Made by a program: the position numbers and the translations under genes | NCBI RefSeq assembly: GCF_963921235.1 | Contig: NC_086097.1 | Location: 12,214,001 to 12,278,000 of the forward strand | Direction of reading: 5' to 3' | Source of the DNA: Mobula hypostoma | Lineage: Eukaryota | Length of the DNA stretch: 64,000 bases | In this document: piece after piece, positions 23,814 through 36,569 of the stretch | Layout of the letters: each line of letters begins with the position of its first letter | Position numbering within the stretch: position 1 is the stretch's first letter | Notes under the pieces: model-generated | What the model saw: the letters and a program-made list of their open reading frames with translations, nothing else | Told to the model about the DNA's origin: nothing | Databases searched by the model: none

Positions 23814-25224
23814 AGCTTCAATAGCATCATTCTATGGACATAGAATCAATATATGTATATAAGCTTTCTTATGTATTTATTTTTTTATTATATGATTTGT
23901 ATTTTCTTTCTCTTTGTGCGCATGGGGGTTGATCTTTTTTTTATTGGGTTCTATTAGGTTTCTTGCTTTATGGCTGCATGTAAGCAAAGCAAACAAATCT
24001 CAAGATTGTATAATTTATACATTCTTTGATAATAAATATACTTTGAATCTTTGAGACTCTGAATCGTATGTATTTATGCTTATTGTATTTTTTTTATTAT
24101 TGTATTCTTTATCTTATTGTGTTTTTTTTGTGCTGCATCAGCTCTGGACTAACAATTATTTTATTCTCCTTTACATTTGTGTACTGGAAAAGATTGAATA
24201 AAATCACATGCTCCAAAGGGAAAGTATTTCAAAACTTCACACTCCAAAGATTTTTCTCAGCTCTCAACTCATAAAAAGAAATGGTGGTTGTGTTACCTTA
24301 CAAATCTTGAATGTGTGACCTAAAATGTACTATGGGTTTTTTTTTCAAATCACTGAGAAAAAAAATTGTACAGCGTAGTTCTTCTACAGTTTAATCACAT
24401 CAATTCATTAGATATCAATAAGAAAATAAGCTAATTTTAGGATCTGTCGTAGTGGAAAAGCCCAGAAGATTGATGTGGTGGCATGATGTTAGCACAGCGG
24501 TTAAACAAAGAATTTATTTTCTAAGCCCTTATTTCAATTGAACTCTTGTAGATCCAAGGGAACCCATCAGCAGTCGACACTTAAAAAATCCCAAAGAGTC
24601 CTCAGCATTCGTAATTCTCTGAGAGTGCACTCTAGTGAAAAATCACAACTCTCTTAAGAGTATAATAAATTTTCAACACAGATAATTAGAATTTCAGCAA
24701 ATGACAAACTGGGATCTGGGTAATTACTCGGGATGTGATATTAGACAAAAATTACACATAATTTCAGGTGCATACTTCAGAAGAATAACAGAAAATATAC
24801 AGCAGTGCTAATATAAATTTGTCTCCTTAAATTTTATCCTGCCTTTTATACGAATACAGTCAGTGAGATTTGAATGCAATATACACATATTATGCACCAT
24901 CCACACTGTAGTTAGGAATTAAGATGGCAAATAACTCACTTAACGGTTGAGTCCAGTTAGGCTGGGCTAACACGTTTTCAAAGGTTTCAGGATTTAATGC
25001 AAAGCATAATGTAGCATATGATGGTTATGTCCTGGAGCAGTAATTCAGGTTTAAATGACAAGCTGATGGCTCCTGTAGACACAATGGCTCTGTTTAAGCT
25101 GAAAGGGGAGGAATCCAGAAAACATTCGGGGTGATTCATATTAATTGTCCCTGTTTCATCTCTTTCTCTGCTTCACTCTCTATCCCTATCCATCTACCTG
25201 CACTCAAAACGTCTTTTATATTTT

Positions 25225-25492
25225 ATTTTTATTTAGAGACACAGTCAGAAGTAGGCACTTCCAGCCCTAAGACCCACACCACCTCCAACCCCAAATTTAA
25301 TCCTAACCTCAGCACAGGACACTTCATAAAGACCAATTTACCCAGCAAAAACATCTTCTGACTGTGGGAGGAAACCAAGCTCCGGGGCGGACATACCAAC
25401 TCCTTGCAGATGACGGCGGAATTGAACTCTGAACTCTGGAACCCTCCAAGCTTCAATATCGTCATGCTAACTGTGACAATACCATGGTGCCC
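25225..25492 (-). mobile_element. V-SINE
   Basis: GACTGTGGGAGGAAACC...GGCGGAATTGAACTCTGAACTCTGGAAC matches the reverse complement of the 22702 copy. Confidence 0.75.
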
Positions 25493-25839
25493 ACGGTATA
25501 CACTGTACACTTTACTCCCTCCACCTTAAAAAGGAATTTCTCTCCCCTTTCCACTCCTCCTATTACTTGGCTTTCCTTAACATGAACAAAATCAAGCATA
25601 AATAAAAGGAAGGAACTTTTAATAATTATCATAAATGAAAGAGTGGAAAGGATAAATAGGTGAAACAGGTGACAGACAAGGTTAATAAATATACAGTATT
25701 AACAGTCTCCCCCCAAGAATAGCAAGCTATGCTGCAGTCATAAGAATCTCTTCAAAAAAAGATGTAGACATTATTTCAGTTTAAAATTTTAATTAATAAA
25801 CTTTTATTAGGTCGTGGTGGCCTTTGGGAAATCAAGGAC

Positions 25840-25957
25840 TTAAGAATCAGAATCAGAAACAGGTTTATTATCACTGACGTATGTTGTGAAATTTGTTGTT
25901 TTGTGGCTGTAGAATGATGCAAGACATTAAAAAGAACTGTAAGTTGCAATGAAAATG

Positions 25958-25992
<35 letters not shown>

Positions 25993-26590
25993 ATAGCGCT
26001 GGTGAGGTAGTGCTCATGGGTTCATGGACTATTCAGAAATCTGGTGGCAGAGGGGAAGAAGCTGTTCCTAAAACATTGAGTGCGTTCCTTCAGGCTTCTA
26101 TACCTTCTCCCTGATGATAGTAATGAGGTAATGAGAAAGACCATGACCTGGATAGTAAAAGTTCTTCATGATAGATGCCACCATCTTGAGGTGCTGCCTT
26201 TTGAAGATGTCCTTGATGGTGGAAAACCTTATGCTAATGATGAAGCTAGGTGAGCCTAGAATCCTCTTCAGTGTCTTTTGATCCTGTACAGTGGACCCTC
26301 CATACCAGGCAATGATGCAACCAGTCAGCCCATTCTCCATGATACAGTCAATGGACTTATTTGGAAGAGTACATAAGCACAGCAGAAAAACCACTTCCTT
26401 CGAAGTTTGTGAAGATTTGCATGACGTCTAAAACTTTGACAAACTTGTATAGATATATGGTGAGAGTATATTGGCAGGCTGCATCACTGCCTGGTATGGA
26501 AATACCAATACCCCTTAAAGAAAATCCTACAAAAAGTAGTGGATATGGCCCAGTCCATCACAGGTAAAGTCTTCCCCACCATTGAGCACT
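25840..26590. mobile_element. Rex1-type relic with internal inversion (minus 25840-26345, plus 26350-26590), containing (TAAA)n at 25958-25994
   Basis: GLTGCIIAWYGG on - and GCTGCATCACTGCCTGGTATGG on +, facing away from a junction near 26345. Confidence 0.6.
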
Positions 26591-27497
26591 GTAATGCTTT
26601 TATATATTACACTGTACTGCAGCCACAAAAAAAAACAAACTTCATTACCCATGTGAGTGATGATATATCTGATTCTGATATGGGTCTCTGTTGTGGACTG
26701 AGAGTGGTAAGGGAGCAGTGAGAGGGGAACCATAGTTGGGAAAAGAGGAAAGGAGAGGGGAGAGAGTGGGGATCACGAGAGGGGCATTCTATAATGATCA
26801 AATTTAGTTAACTTGAGTGAGCTTGGCTTTGCATGTGATTTTTCTCCAAATCTCTTCCAAACTGTGATTTTTTTGACAAAAATTATTGTTGAGGGTTGGG
26901 CACTGGGTGTTCTGTACATGGGGTTTAGTAAAACATTTGATAAGGTCCCTCACAGTAGGCTGACACAGAATATTAAGTCACTTGGTGACTTGCTGATTGA
27001 TTGTGGAAGACAGGGTGGTGATGGAGAGGTGATTTTCTGACTGGAGGTCTCTGACCAGTGCTGTTCTTCAGGGATTAGTGTCTGTAACAAATATAAATAA
27101 TTTGGATGAAAACGTAGAGGTAATAGTGTAAATATTGGTGGAGTTATGTATAATGAGGTATGTTATCAGAAGAAACAGCAAGATGCAGATCAGTTGAACA
27201 TTTGCGTGGAGAAATGGCCGATGGTGTTTACCGTGGACGTGTGAGGGACTGCATTTTGCAAGGTCACATGCCAGAGGAGAGCATACAGTAAATGGCAGGA
27301 CAGGCCACCCAGAGAAGAATTTCAGAGTTGTATCCACTTGTGTTACCTCATTCAGAGGCCATAGCTCTCTGAATGAGGTAACACAAGTGGATAAAATAGT
27401 AAAGAAGACGCTGGCCTTCATTGGTCAGGGCACTGACTAGAAATGTTGTGACGTCATACTGTGTAAAGCATTTGTGAGGCCACAAATGGAATATCCT

Positions 27498-28013
27498 CAA
27501 ACACGAGGAAATCTGCAGATGCTGGAATTTCAAGCAACACACAAAAAAGTTGCTGGCAGCATCTAGTACAGTCGACGTTTCGGGCCGAGACCCTTCATCA
27601 GGACTAACTGAAAGAAGAGCTAGTAAGAGATTTCAAAGTGGGAGGGGGAGAAGGAGATCCAAAATGATAGGAGGAGACAGGAGGGGGAGGGATGGAGCCA
27701 AGAGCTGGACAGGTGATAGGCAAAAGGGATATGAAACGATCATGGGACAGGAGGCCCAGGGAGAAAGAAAAGGGGGGGGGTAGAAGCCCAGAGGATGGGC
27801 AAGAGGTATAATCAGAGGGACAGAGGGAGAAAAAAGAGAGCGAGAAAAAGAATGTGTGTATATAAATAATTAACGGACGGAGTACGAGGGGGAGGTAGGG
27901 CATTAGGTGAAGTTTGAGAAGTCAATGTTCATGCCATCAGGTTGGAGGCTACCCAGACGGAATATAAGGTGTTGTTCCTCCTACCTGAGTGTCGCTTCAT
28001 CTTTACAGTAGAG
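27498..28013 (-). mobile_element. 5'-truncated PLE (GIY-YIG tail, pLTR, intact HHR at 27569-27606) with 22-bp TSD
   Basis: GAGGCCACAAATGGAATATCCT at 27476-27497 and 28014-28035. Confidence 0.9.
27569..27606 (-). ncRNA. Minimal type I hammerhead ribozyme motif
   Basis: Minus strand TAGTC CTGATGA AGGGTCTCGGCCC GAAAC GTC GACTG: complete core and stems. Confidence 0.85.
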
Positions 28014-28226
28014 GAGGCCACAAATGGAATATCCTGTATGGTTCTGGTTGACACATTATTGGAAGGATGTAGTGACATTGGAGAGGGTGCAGAAGAGGTT
28101 CACCGGGATGTTGCCTGCATTGGAGTGTTTAAGAGTGTTTGGACAAAATAGGATTGTTTACTCTAGATCATCAGAGCCTGAGGGGTGACCTGATAGAAAT
28201 AAATAAAAACGTGAGAGGCACAGGTA

Positions 28227-31200
28227 ACACACATCAAAATTGCTGGTGAACGCAGCAGGCCAGGCAGCATCTCTAGGAAGAGGTACAGTTGACATTTCAG
28301 GCCGAGACCCTTCGTCAGGGCTAACTGAAGGAAGAGCTAGTAAGAGATTTGAAAGTGGGAGGGGAGGGGGAGATCCAAAATGATAGGAGAAGACAGGAGG
28401 GGGAGGGATGGAGCCAAGAGCTGGACAGGTGATAGGCAAAGGGGATATGAGAGGATCATGGGACAGGAGATCCAGGGAGAAAGAAAAGGGCGGGGGGGAC
28501 CCAGAGGATGGGCAAGGGGTATAGTCAGAGGGACAGAGGGAGAAAAAGGAGAGTGAGAGAAAGAACGTGTGTATAAAAATAAATAACGGATGGGACGAGG
28601 GGGAGGTGGGGCATTAGCGGAAGTTAGAGAAGTCAATGTTCATGCCATCAGGTTGGAGGCTACCCAGACGGAATAAAGGTGTTGTTCCTCCAACCTGAGT
28701 GTGACTTCATCTTTACAGTAGAGGAGGCCATGGATAGACATGTCAGAATGGGAATGGGATGTGGAATTAAAATGTGTGGCCACTGGGAGATCCTGCTTTC
28801 TCTGGCGGACAGAGCGTAGATGTTCAGCGAAACGATCTCCCAGTCTGCGTCGGGTCTCGCCAATATATAGAATGCCACATTGGGAGCACCGGACGCAGTA
28901 TATCACTCCAGTCGACTCACAGGTGAAGTGTCGCCTCACCTGGAAGGACTGTCTGGGGCCCTGAATGGTGTTGAGAGAGGAGGGGTAAGGGCATGTGTAG
29001 CACTTGTTCCACTTACAAGGATAAGTGCCAGGAGGGAGATCAGTGGGGAGGGATGGGGGTGACGAATGGACAAGGGAATCGCGTATGGAGCGATCCTCGC
29101 GGAAAGCGGGGGGGGGGGAAGGGAAAGATGTGCTTAGTGGTGGGATCCCGGTGGAGGTGGCGGAAGTTACGGAGAATAATATGTTGGACCCGGAGGCTGG
29201 TGGGGTGGTAGGTGAGGACCAGGGGTACCCTATTCCTAGTGGGGTGACGGGAGGATGGAGTGAGAGCAGATGTGCGTGAAATGGGGGAGATGCGTTTGAG
29301 AGCAGAGTTGATAGTGAAGGAAGAGAAGCCCCTTTCTTTAAAAAAGGAGGACACCTCCCTCGTCCTGGAATGAAAAGCCTCATCCTGAGAGCAGACGCAG
29401 CGGAGACGGAGGAATTGCGAGAAGGGGATGGCGTTTTTGCAAGAGACAGGGTGAGAAGAGGAATAGTCCAGATAGCTGTGAGAATCAGTAGGCTTATAGT
29501 AGACATCAGTGGATAAGCTGTCTCCAGAGACAGAGACAGAAAGATCTAGAAAGGGGAGGGAGGTGTCGGAAATGGACCAGGTAAACTTGAGGGCAGGGTG
29601 AAAGTTGGAGGCAAAGTTAATAAAGTCAACGAGCTCTGCATGCGTACAGGAAGCAGCGCCAATGCAGTCGTCGATGTAGCGAAGGAAAAGTGGGGGACAG
29701 ATACCAGAATAGGCACGGAACATAGATTGTTCCACAAACCCAACAAAAAGGCAGGCATAGCTAGGACCCATACGGGTGCCCATAGCTACACCTTTAGTTT
29801 GGAGGAAGTGGGAGGAGCCAAAGGAGAAATTATTAAGAGTAAGGACTAATTCCGCTAGACGGAGCAGAGTGGTGGTAGAGGGGAACTGATTAGGTCTGGA
29901 ATCCAAAAAGAAGCGTAGAGCTTTGAGACCTTCCTGATGGGGGATGGAAGTATATAGGGACTGGACATCCATGGTGAAAATAAAGCGGTGGGGGCCAGGG
30001 AACTTAAAATCATCAAAAAGTTTAAGAGCGTGAGAAGTGTCACGAACATAGGTAGGAAGGGATTGAACAAGGGGGCATAAAACCATGTCGAAGTATGCAG
30101 AAAGGAGTTCGGTGGGGCAGGAGCAAGCTGAGACAATAGGTCTGCCAGGACAGGCAGGTTTGTGGATCTTGGGTAAGAGGTAGAAACAGGAAGTGTCGGG
30201 TGTGGGAACAATAAGGTTGGTAGCAGTGGATGGGAGATCCCCTGAGTGGATAAAGTCGGTGATGGTGTGGGAGACAATGGCCTGGTGCTCCTTAGTGGGA
30301 TCACGATTGAGGGGTAAATAAGAGGAGTTATCCACGAGTTGTCGCTGTGCCTCGGCAAGGTAGAGGTCAGTACACCAGACTACAACAGCACCCCCCTTAT
30401 CGGCGGGCGGGTTTAATAGTAAGGTTAGGATTAGTGCGGAGGGAGTGGAGAGCAGAGCATTCCGAAGGAGTGAGGTTGACATGGGAACAAGGTGTGGTGA
30501 AGTTGAGACGGTTGATGTCCTGTCGGCAGTTAGCGATAAAGAGATCCAGAGCAGGCAGAAGACCAGAGCAGGGTGTCCATGAAGAAGAGGAGGGTTGAAG
30601 ATGGGAGAAGGGGTCATCGGTGGGGGTGGAAGAGTCCTTGCCGAAGAAGTAGGCTCGGAGACGGAGACGGCGGAAGAAGAGTTCCGCATCATGGTGAACA
30701 CGGAACTCGCTGAGGTGTGGGCGAAGGGGGACAAAGGTGAGGCCCTTACTGAGGACAGAGCGCTCTGCCTCCGACAGTTGAAGGTCGGAGGGGATGGTAA
30801 AGACCCAGCACGGATGAGAGCTGGGATCAGAGGGGGGAGGGGGGAGGCTAGGGGTGTCAGTGGAGAGGGGAGGGTTGGGGTGAGAGAAAGATGGAGCCTC
30901 TGAGGGCCCAGGAGTTGACGGTGGGATCTGAGGAAGACGGGGCTGCGGAGTGGTGGTGGGGGAAGGGGAGACGGGAGTCACAATAGCAGCACATGAAGAC
31001 CCGGCCTGGAGTTCAAGGCTGGAGTCGCAGTTGGTGGTTGTGCAATCACTTTGAAGGTGTCCATGGTCGTTGCTGGAGTCCGGGTTTTGAATATGCCCTG
31101 AGGTGTTGGAGCCGGCGAGATCACTGGCAGAGGCAATCTGAAGTTCATGCCTGCTAGTTTCAGGGCCAGCAGGTTCTGTAGTCCGCAGATGTAGGATCTT

Positions 31201-31309
31201 GCAATCTTTGCCTAACATGACAAAGTCAAAAAAACGGCGATTGCAGGCGTGGATCCGACGGAGGATGAAATATCGGGTAGGACCATTACAGACGGCGAAG
31301 AAAGTGTAC
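28227..31309 (-). mobile_element. Penelope-like retroelement (Neptune-type), 5'-truncated, near-intact, 10-bp TSD
   Basis: GGCACAGGTA at 28217-28226 and 31310-31319; RT and GIY-YIG motifs; 3' pLTR with HHR variant at 28286-28323 (CTGACGA...GAAATGTC). Confidence 0.95.
28614..31309 (-). pseudogene. PLE polyprotein (Pro/Ser-rich N-terminal region, RT, Cys linker, GIY-YIG endonuclease), three frameshifts
   Basis: LSKGLTFVP; IKP|ADKGG; FYLLPKIHKP..PGRPIVS; TMDVQSLYTSIP; QTKGVAMGTRMGPSYA; RYIDD; FLDL; CKWNKCYTC; VIYCVRCSQCGILYIGET. Shifts: 4-bp duplication near 30405, G-run near 29108-29118, 1-bp deletion near 28676. Confidence 0.93.
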
Positions 31310-31394
31310 GGCACAGGTACAGTTGATTTAGTCACAGCCTTTTTTCCCCAAGATTAAAATGGCAAATAATCAAGGGTGCAGTCTTAAGATAACT

Positions 31395-31640
31395 TTGCCA
31401 TGGACGATCCCAAGTGTAGCTGTGAAAGGAGGAGGGTTTGACACGGAGTGAGCAACCTCAGCTTGTAAAAACCCAGAGCTACAGAAATACCAGCAGAATC
31501 TCCAAAGGCCTCATCCCTGGGAGAAGAAGGATCTTTGTCTGGGGGAGGTATGATGGTCTGGGGACAACTTGAAGGATTGGCCCAGGACAGAGCACTCTGA
31601 TGGGCCAATGCCCCAATCGGGGTAATGGGTTTAAGAAGAA
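31395..31640 (+). mobile_element. Short RTE-derived non-autonomous repeat with (AAG)n tail (second copy about 56290-56545)
   Basis: Shared CTGTGAAAGGAGGAG..TTGA...AGCAACC...TAAAAACCC...CCCTGGGAGA.GA.GGAT...TGGCCCAGGA.AGAG.ACTCTGA. Confidence 0.55.
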
Positions 31641-31907
31641 AAAGAAGTTTTTAGTTGAGAGGTAGAAAGTTTAAAGGAGGTGTTTGAGGCAATTTGTGGT
31701 TGGTGCCTGGAACGTGATGTTAGGGAAGGCGGTTGAAGGAAAGACAACAACATCATTTAGGAGGCATTTAGAAAGACCCAAAAATAAGCATGGATAAGAG
31801 GGATACGAACCGTGTGCAGGCAGATGGAATTAGTTAGATTGGCACCAACATGGTGTGTCACAGTGCCTATTCCTCTGCTGTACTACTCTACACTTTCTGG
31901 TCTAATG

Positions 31908-31987
31908 CAGGGGTTCCCTACTTTACTTACGCCATGGACCAATTCCATCAAGCAAAGTGTCTGTGGATGCCAGGTTGGAAATCCCTG
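31908..31987. mobile_element. 80-bp MITE with hAT-like termini
   Basis: CAGGGGTTCCCTAC...GGTTGGAAATCCCTG; same length as and related to 819-898. Confidence 0.6.
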
Positions 31988-32394
31988 AAACTGAGCCAAA
32001 ACAGGTAAATATAATCGAGAGGGAGATCAGGCCTGAGCTAATCCAAAGACAATCCAAAGGTGTTGATGTCTATCTTCAGTTCTTTCAGTCCTGGCAGAGA
32101 AATGAGAAGTTGCAATGTTTTAATTCCAAGTTCAAGATTATTATCATTCAACCATAAACATGTATTTTGCCAAACGAAACAACGTTCTTCAGGACCAAGG
32201 TGCACAACACAGTACATATAACACACGCATAACACATAAGGTGCATTTACAACCCAAGTTAATAAGTAAACAGTATAACACTACAGGCGCTTCATACATG
32301 ATGAAACCTGCGAGAGGCAGGGAGTTCAGTAGTTTAATGGCCTGTGGGAAGAAGCAGTTTCCCATCCTAACATTACTAACAGTCTAACAGTCCA

Positions 32395-32828
32395 TTAGAC
32401 CATAAGACATAGGAGTAGATTTAGGCCATCTGTCTCATCACATCTGATCCACCATTCAATCATGGCTGATCTTTTTTTTCTCCTCCTTAACCCCAGTTTC
32501 CAGCCTTCTCCCTGTAACCTTTGATGCCATGCCCAATCAAGAACCTATCAATCCCTGCTTTAAATACACCCAATGACCTGGCCTCCACAGCTGCCTGTGG
32601 TAACAAATTCCATAAATCTACCACCCTCTGGCTAAAGAAATGACTTCACATCTCTGTTTTGAAAGGGCACCCCTCTATCCTGAGGCTGTGCCCTCTTGTC
32701 CTAGGCTCTTCCACCCTGAGAAACATCCTTTCCACATCTACTCTGTCTAGGTCTTTCAACATGCGAAAAGTTTCAATGAGATCACCCCTCATCCTTCTGA
32801 ATTCCAGCGAGTACAGACCCAGACCTAA
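32395..32828 (-). mobile_element. CR1 3' end
   Basis: LGLYSLEFRRMRGDLIETFRMLKDLDRVDVERMF...RTRGHSLRI; 3' tail AGACCATAAGACATAGG. Confidence 0.85.
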
Positions 32829-33599
32829 CAGTTTTTCTTTTTTACTTGCTGAGGAATGATGAAAGTATTTTGTGAAGAGCTTAGACCAGTGATCAAGGTA
32901 AATATTATCACTAAAATATCTCAAATGTAAATAATGGCTTAGAGGCACAGTAATGTACAGTAGTTATGTAGGCAAATAGTGTGACTGTTGTGTGCACCCT
33001 AATATCAGACAAAATGCACTGAGGTTTAAAATTAAATTCTGATAACTAGTTAATCTGTTTTGGTGAAATTGAAATTCATTCACTCAGTGCCTTGTGCAAA
33101 TCCTAATAGGATGTTGGTAGCATAAATGCTAATATATTCCAAACTGTTTGATATGAGACAGCTTCATGAGTGAGATTTAAGCTTTATTAATTCCAAGGCA
33201 GAGATCATAAGTTAAACCCCAGAAAGTTCCTTGATGTAGAGTTAAGGTGAAGAAGGAAAGTTTTTGGGTGATGTCTGATAAATATCCTTGTCTGGTTATT
33301 GACCTTGGATTTCTTATAGAATTTCTTACCTTTTGTCCTCAAGGTTGAGTTCCTGATCCCACTAATCTTAATCAATAAAGATAACATACTCTAAGACACA
33401 ATGACTGAAAAAATAACACCCAGGTATTTAACTGTTAAGATATGGCTGTGGCATTAGTTTTATCCGTGGGCATTGCAGACTTTACCGATCTAAGCATTGA
33501 GTTATCTAATGCTATTGGAATTTCATTGTGATCAACACAAAGCACTGAATGAATGAATTTTAACCCTAATTGTTGTCGCGGCTTTTTACTTACTTGCTG

Positions 33600-33925
33600 T
33601 TTATTACGCCACTGGCATTTAGGGCAGCAATGAATGTTCTCCATCTCTGGCCGTGTTCTGGGCTTCCTTCATCATGCCAGTAGCTTCCTCTCAGATTTCA
33701 TTACTGTCAGTCATGCAAATCCCGGGTGGAGACTCAGGACTACCATCACACTCAGATGTAGAGGGATCCTTTATTGCTGTTTCTGTAACAATTTTGTTTT
33801 ACCAATCAGAGTTGTTAGCCCTGAGATGAACTCCAGAACCTGGAGGTCCAGTAGACCCACTCTTAGTCTGGCCTCTCCCCTTTGACCTGTTTGGCATGGG
33901 TGATCCTATCAAAAGCCAAAACCCA
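33600..33925 (-). mobile_element. RTE-like 5' UTR-derived repeat
   Basis: Colinear with 6800-7065. Confidence 0.55.
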
Positions 33926-33999
33926 ATGATGAAGTTGTGTTCCTTTTGGAGGTATTGGGGCTTTTGATGTCACTTACATTGAATATCATCCAGCCAAGA

Positions 34000-34460
34000 T
34001 GGGGCACTATGGTAGCTTAGTCGTTAGTTTGATGCAATTACAGCTTGGAGCGTCGAAGTTCGGAGTTCAATTCCAGCACCGCCTGTAAGGAGTTTGTAGG
34101 TTCTTTCTGTGATCACATGAGTTTCTTCCAGGTTCCCCAACTTCCTCTCGCAGTCCAAAGGTGTGCCAGTGACTAGGTTAATTGGTCATTACAAATTGTC
34201 CTGTTACTAGGTTAGGATTAAATAGGTAGGTTATGTTCCAGCTCATTGGGCCAGAAGGGCCTGTTTCTCACTCTATCTCTAAATAAATACTAAATAAGAT
34301 TCTGACTTCTTCGCCCTTCCTTTCCAGTCCTGATGAAGGGTCTCGGCCTGACATACCAGCTGCTTATTCCCATTATTAGATGCTGCCTGACCTGCTGAGT
34401 CCCTCCAGTACACTGTGTGTATTGCTTTAGATTTCCGACATCTGCAGTACCTCTTGTGTC
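34000..34460 (+). mobile_element. V-SINE (34000-34290) followed by a PLE pLTR piece with decayed HHR (34300-34460)
   Basis: V-domain; CAGTCCTGATGAAGGGTCTCGGCCTGACA (GAAA changed to GACA). Confidence 0.75.
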
Positions 34461-36014
34461 TACACTAAATAAGATATTGGGACTTGTGATTAAACACATG
34501 GTTGAAGTGCAAGTTTTAAGGAGAATCTTAATAGAGGGAAGATGAGGAAGTGAGACTGGAATCATTTAAGAAGTATGCAAAAATCAGCCTGTTTTCCTTG
34601 CTTCACAATCGGTACTGTGCAGAAATCATTTTATTCAGTTTGGAAATGACTGAATAAAATTACTGACTAACAGACCATTCACAGATGTTGTGGAAAGGTT
34701 ATCAGTGAGTTTTGTATTACAAGCTCGGTGACAGAACCAAGCGCTTGTTAATCAATCATGTGACCATTACCAGGTTATTTGCTAACCTTAAACATTTTAC
34801 AAAGGAACTATTTTAATTATCATTAATAATTAATTGGGTCTGAAGGGTTAACCATCCAGAAAATGTAGCCTTCAATCATTTGCATTAGAAAGAAAATCAT
34901 GAATGACAACTACAGAAATTAATAAGTAACTGAAATATTATTCTTTCAGCTTTTATGACAAGATATCAGTACGAAGAATGGCTTTCGGGTATTACTGTCA
35001 GTTAAGAATGCATAAGATAAAAAGTCATTAACGTATCCTTTAACATGACAAAAGTCACCAGATGTTGTAAAGGGCTGAACAAGAAACAGCTTTTGGAAGT
35101 TTAAACCCTAGAGCTTTGATTGGTTCTTCATGGAAAGAGGCCCTATTGTGCAGTCTTGTGACTGCATTGAGTCTCTGTGTAATATATTACTACAGGTACT
35201 TGCTCAGCTCATAAATCTGCAGCATTTAACCATGCAGTATTAAGGACATCTCGAAACGCAATAAATTACAAAGCATGGAATGAGTGTATTAGTTTTTTTT
35301 AAATCCATCTCCAAGGCCCGTAGAAAGAGGCCAGTTCTAAAATGCAGCCATATTTTACTCTGAGAAAGTGGAAAAAAAGATTTACTTGCACACAGCACAG
35401 AGCGATGATGCAAATATTCTCCTTTGTCTTCTTTTTTTTCCCCCTCCAGTTTTCCACATAAAAATTGCTTGCAAAATGCCAGAAATCACAAAATCTGGGA
35501 TACTTTGAAGCACGTGGTAAGAATGGAACTCACTGGGACATTTTCGGCCCTGTGGTATTACTGTCTCTGTTGTATACGAATAATTTCAGAAGCATTTCTT
35601 GACACCTTCTGCCTGGAAGTGACTCAGTTCTATTCCCTCAGTTTGATGTTTCACTCAGATACAGACAGATGACAGACTGAAAAATAAAGAAATCCTTACT
35701 GGGAGCAGTAGCTATACTTATCTAGATAAATACCTTGTGCAATTGTTGACTTGCCAGTCTGGGTTTGAAGGCTGTAGAACTCACCATCAAGTGTATTTCA
35801 ATAAGCAATGCCTGTAGAAGGTGGCATCCATCATTAGGGATCCTCACCACCCAGGAAATGCCCTCTTTTCATTACTAATGTAAGAAACACCCACACTCAA
35901 TGTTTTAGGAACAGCTTCTTACCCTCTGCCATGAAAGTTATGAACAGTCCATGAACTATTCTGCTCTCTTTTATCGCTATATATTTATTTATTTACTTTC
36001 ATTTTTTTTTATTG

Positions 36015-36412
36015 TTCATTCATTCGTTATGTCCCATGTGGTACAATGCAGATGATTAAGGTGTTTACAAGACCATGATTGTTCTTGGCAAGTGTTTCTC
36101 CACAACTGGTTTGCCACTGCTTTTTTCTGGGCAGTGCCTTGATAAGTCGGGAGACTCCAGCCATTATCAATACTCCTCAGAGGCCACTCTGCCTGGCATC
36201 AGTGGTTGCGTGACTAGGACTTGTGATATGCACCAGCTGCCCACACAACCATCCACGACTATCCCCATGGCTTCACGTGACCCTAATCGGTAGCGGGGGG
36301 TGGGGGGGGTGGCTAAGCAGGTGTTACACCTTGCCCAAGGTGACTTGCAGGCTAGCAGAGGGAAGGAGCACCTTACACCTCCTTTGGCAGAGACGTATCT
36401 CCACCTTGCTGC
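36015..36412 (-). mobile_element. About 400-bp RTE-tailed non-autonomous repeat
   Basis: Same family as 5743, 18985, 42090, 48640 and 60730. Confidence 0.75.
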
Positions 36413-36569
36413 CTATTCCTTTTTGTAAGCTATAGTATTTTTATGTAATTGCACAACACTGCTGCTGCAAAACAACAAATTTTATGATATACAGTATGTC
36501 AGTGATAATAAATCTGAATAAACCAGATTCTGATTCTGTTTCTAAAAAGTCTGTTGACTGTGATCATAG

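Larger units (their letters stand above)
26850..28226 (+). mobile_element. CR1 relic hosting two PLE insertions; continues at 31320-31385 and 31645-31890
   Basis: YMGFSKTFDKVPHSRL; LERVQKRFTGML; LRGDLIE...RG|...SHSLFP resumes after 31319. Confidence 0.75.

Noticed and set aside
29108..30410. Programmed ribosomal frameshifting in the PLE ORF
   Set aside because: The shifts coincide with a 4-bp duplication that breaks the conserved KPADKG motif and with a homopolymer run; mutation or sequencing error is the simpler explanation.
28614..31309. Selenocysteine recoding as reported for some PLE clades
   Set aside because: No in-frame TGA is needed to reconstruct the ORF and I see no SECIS-like element.
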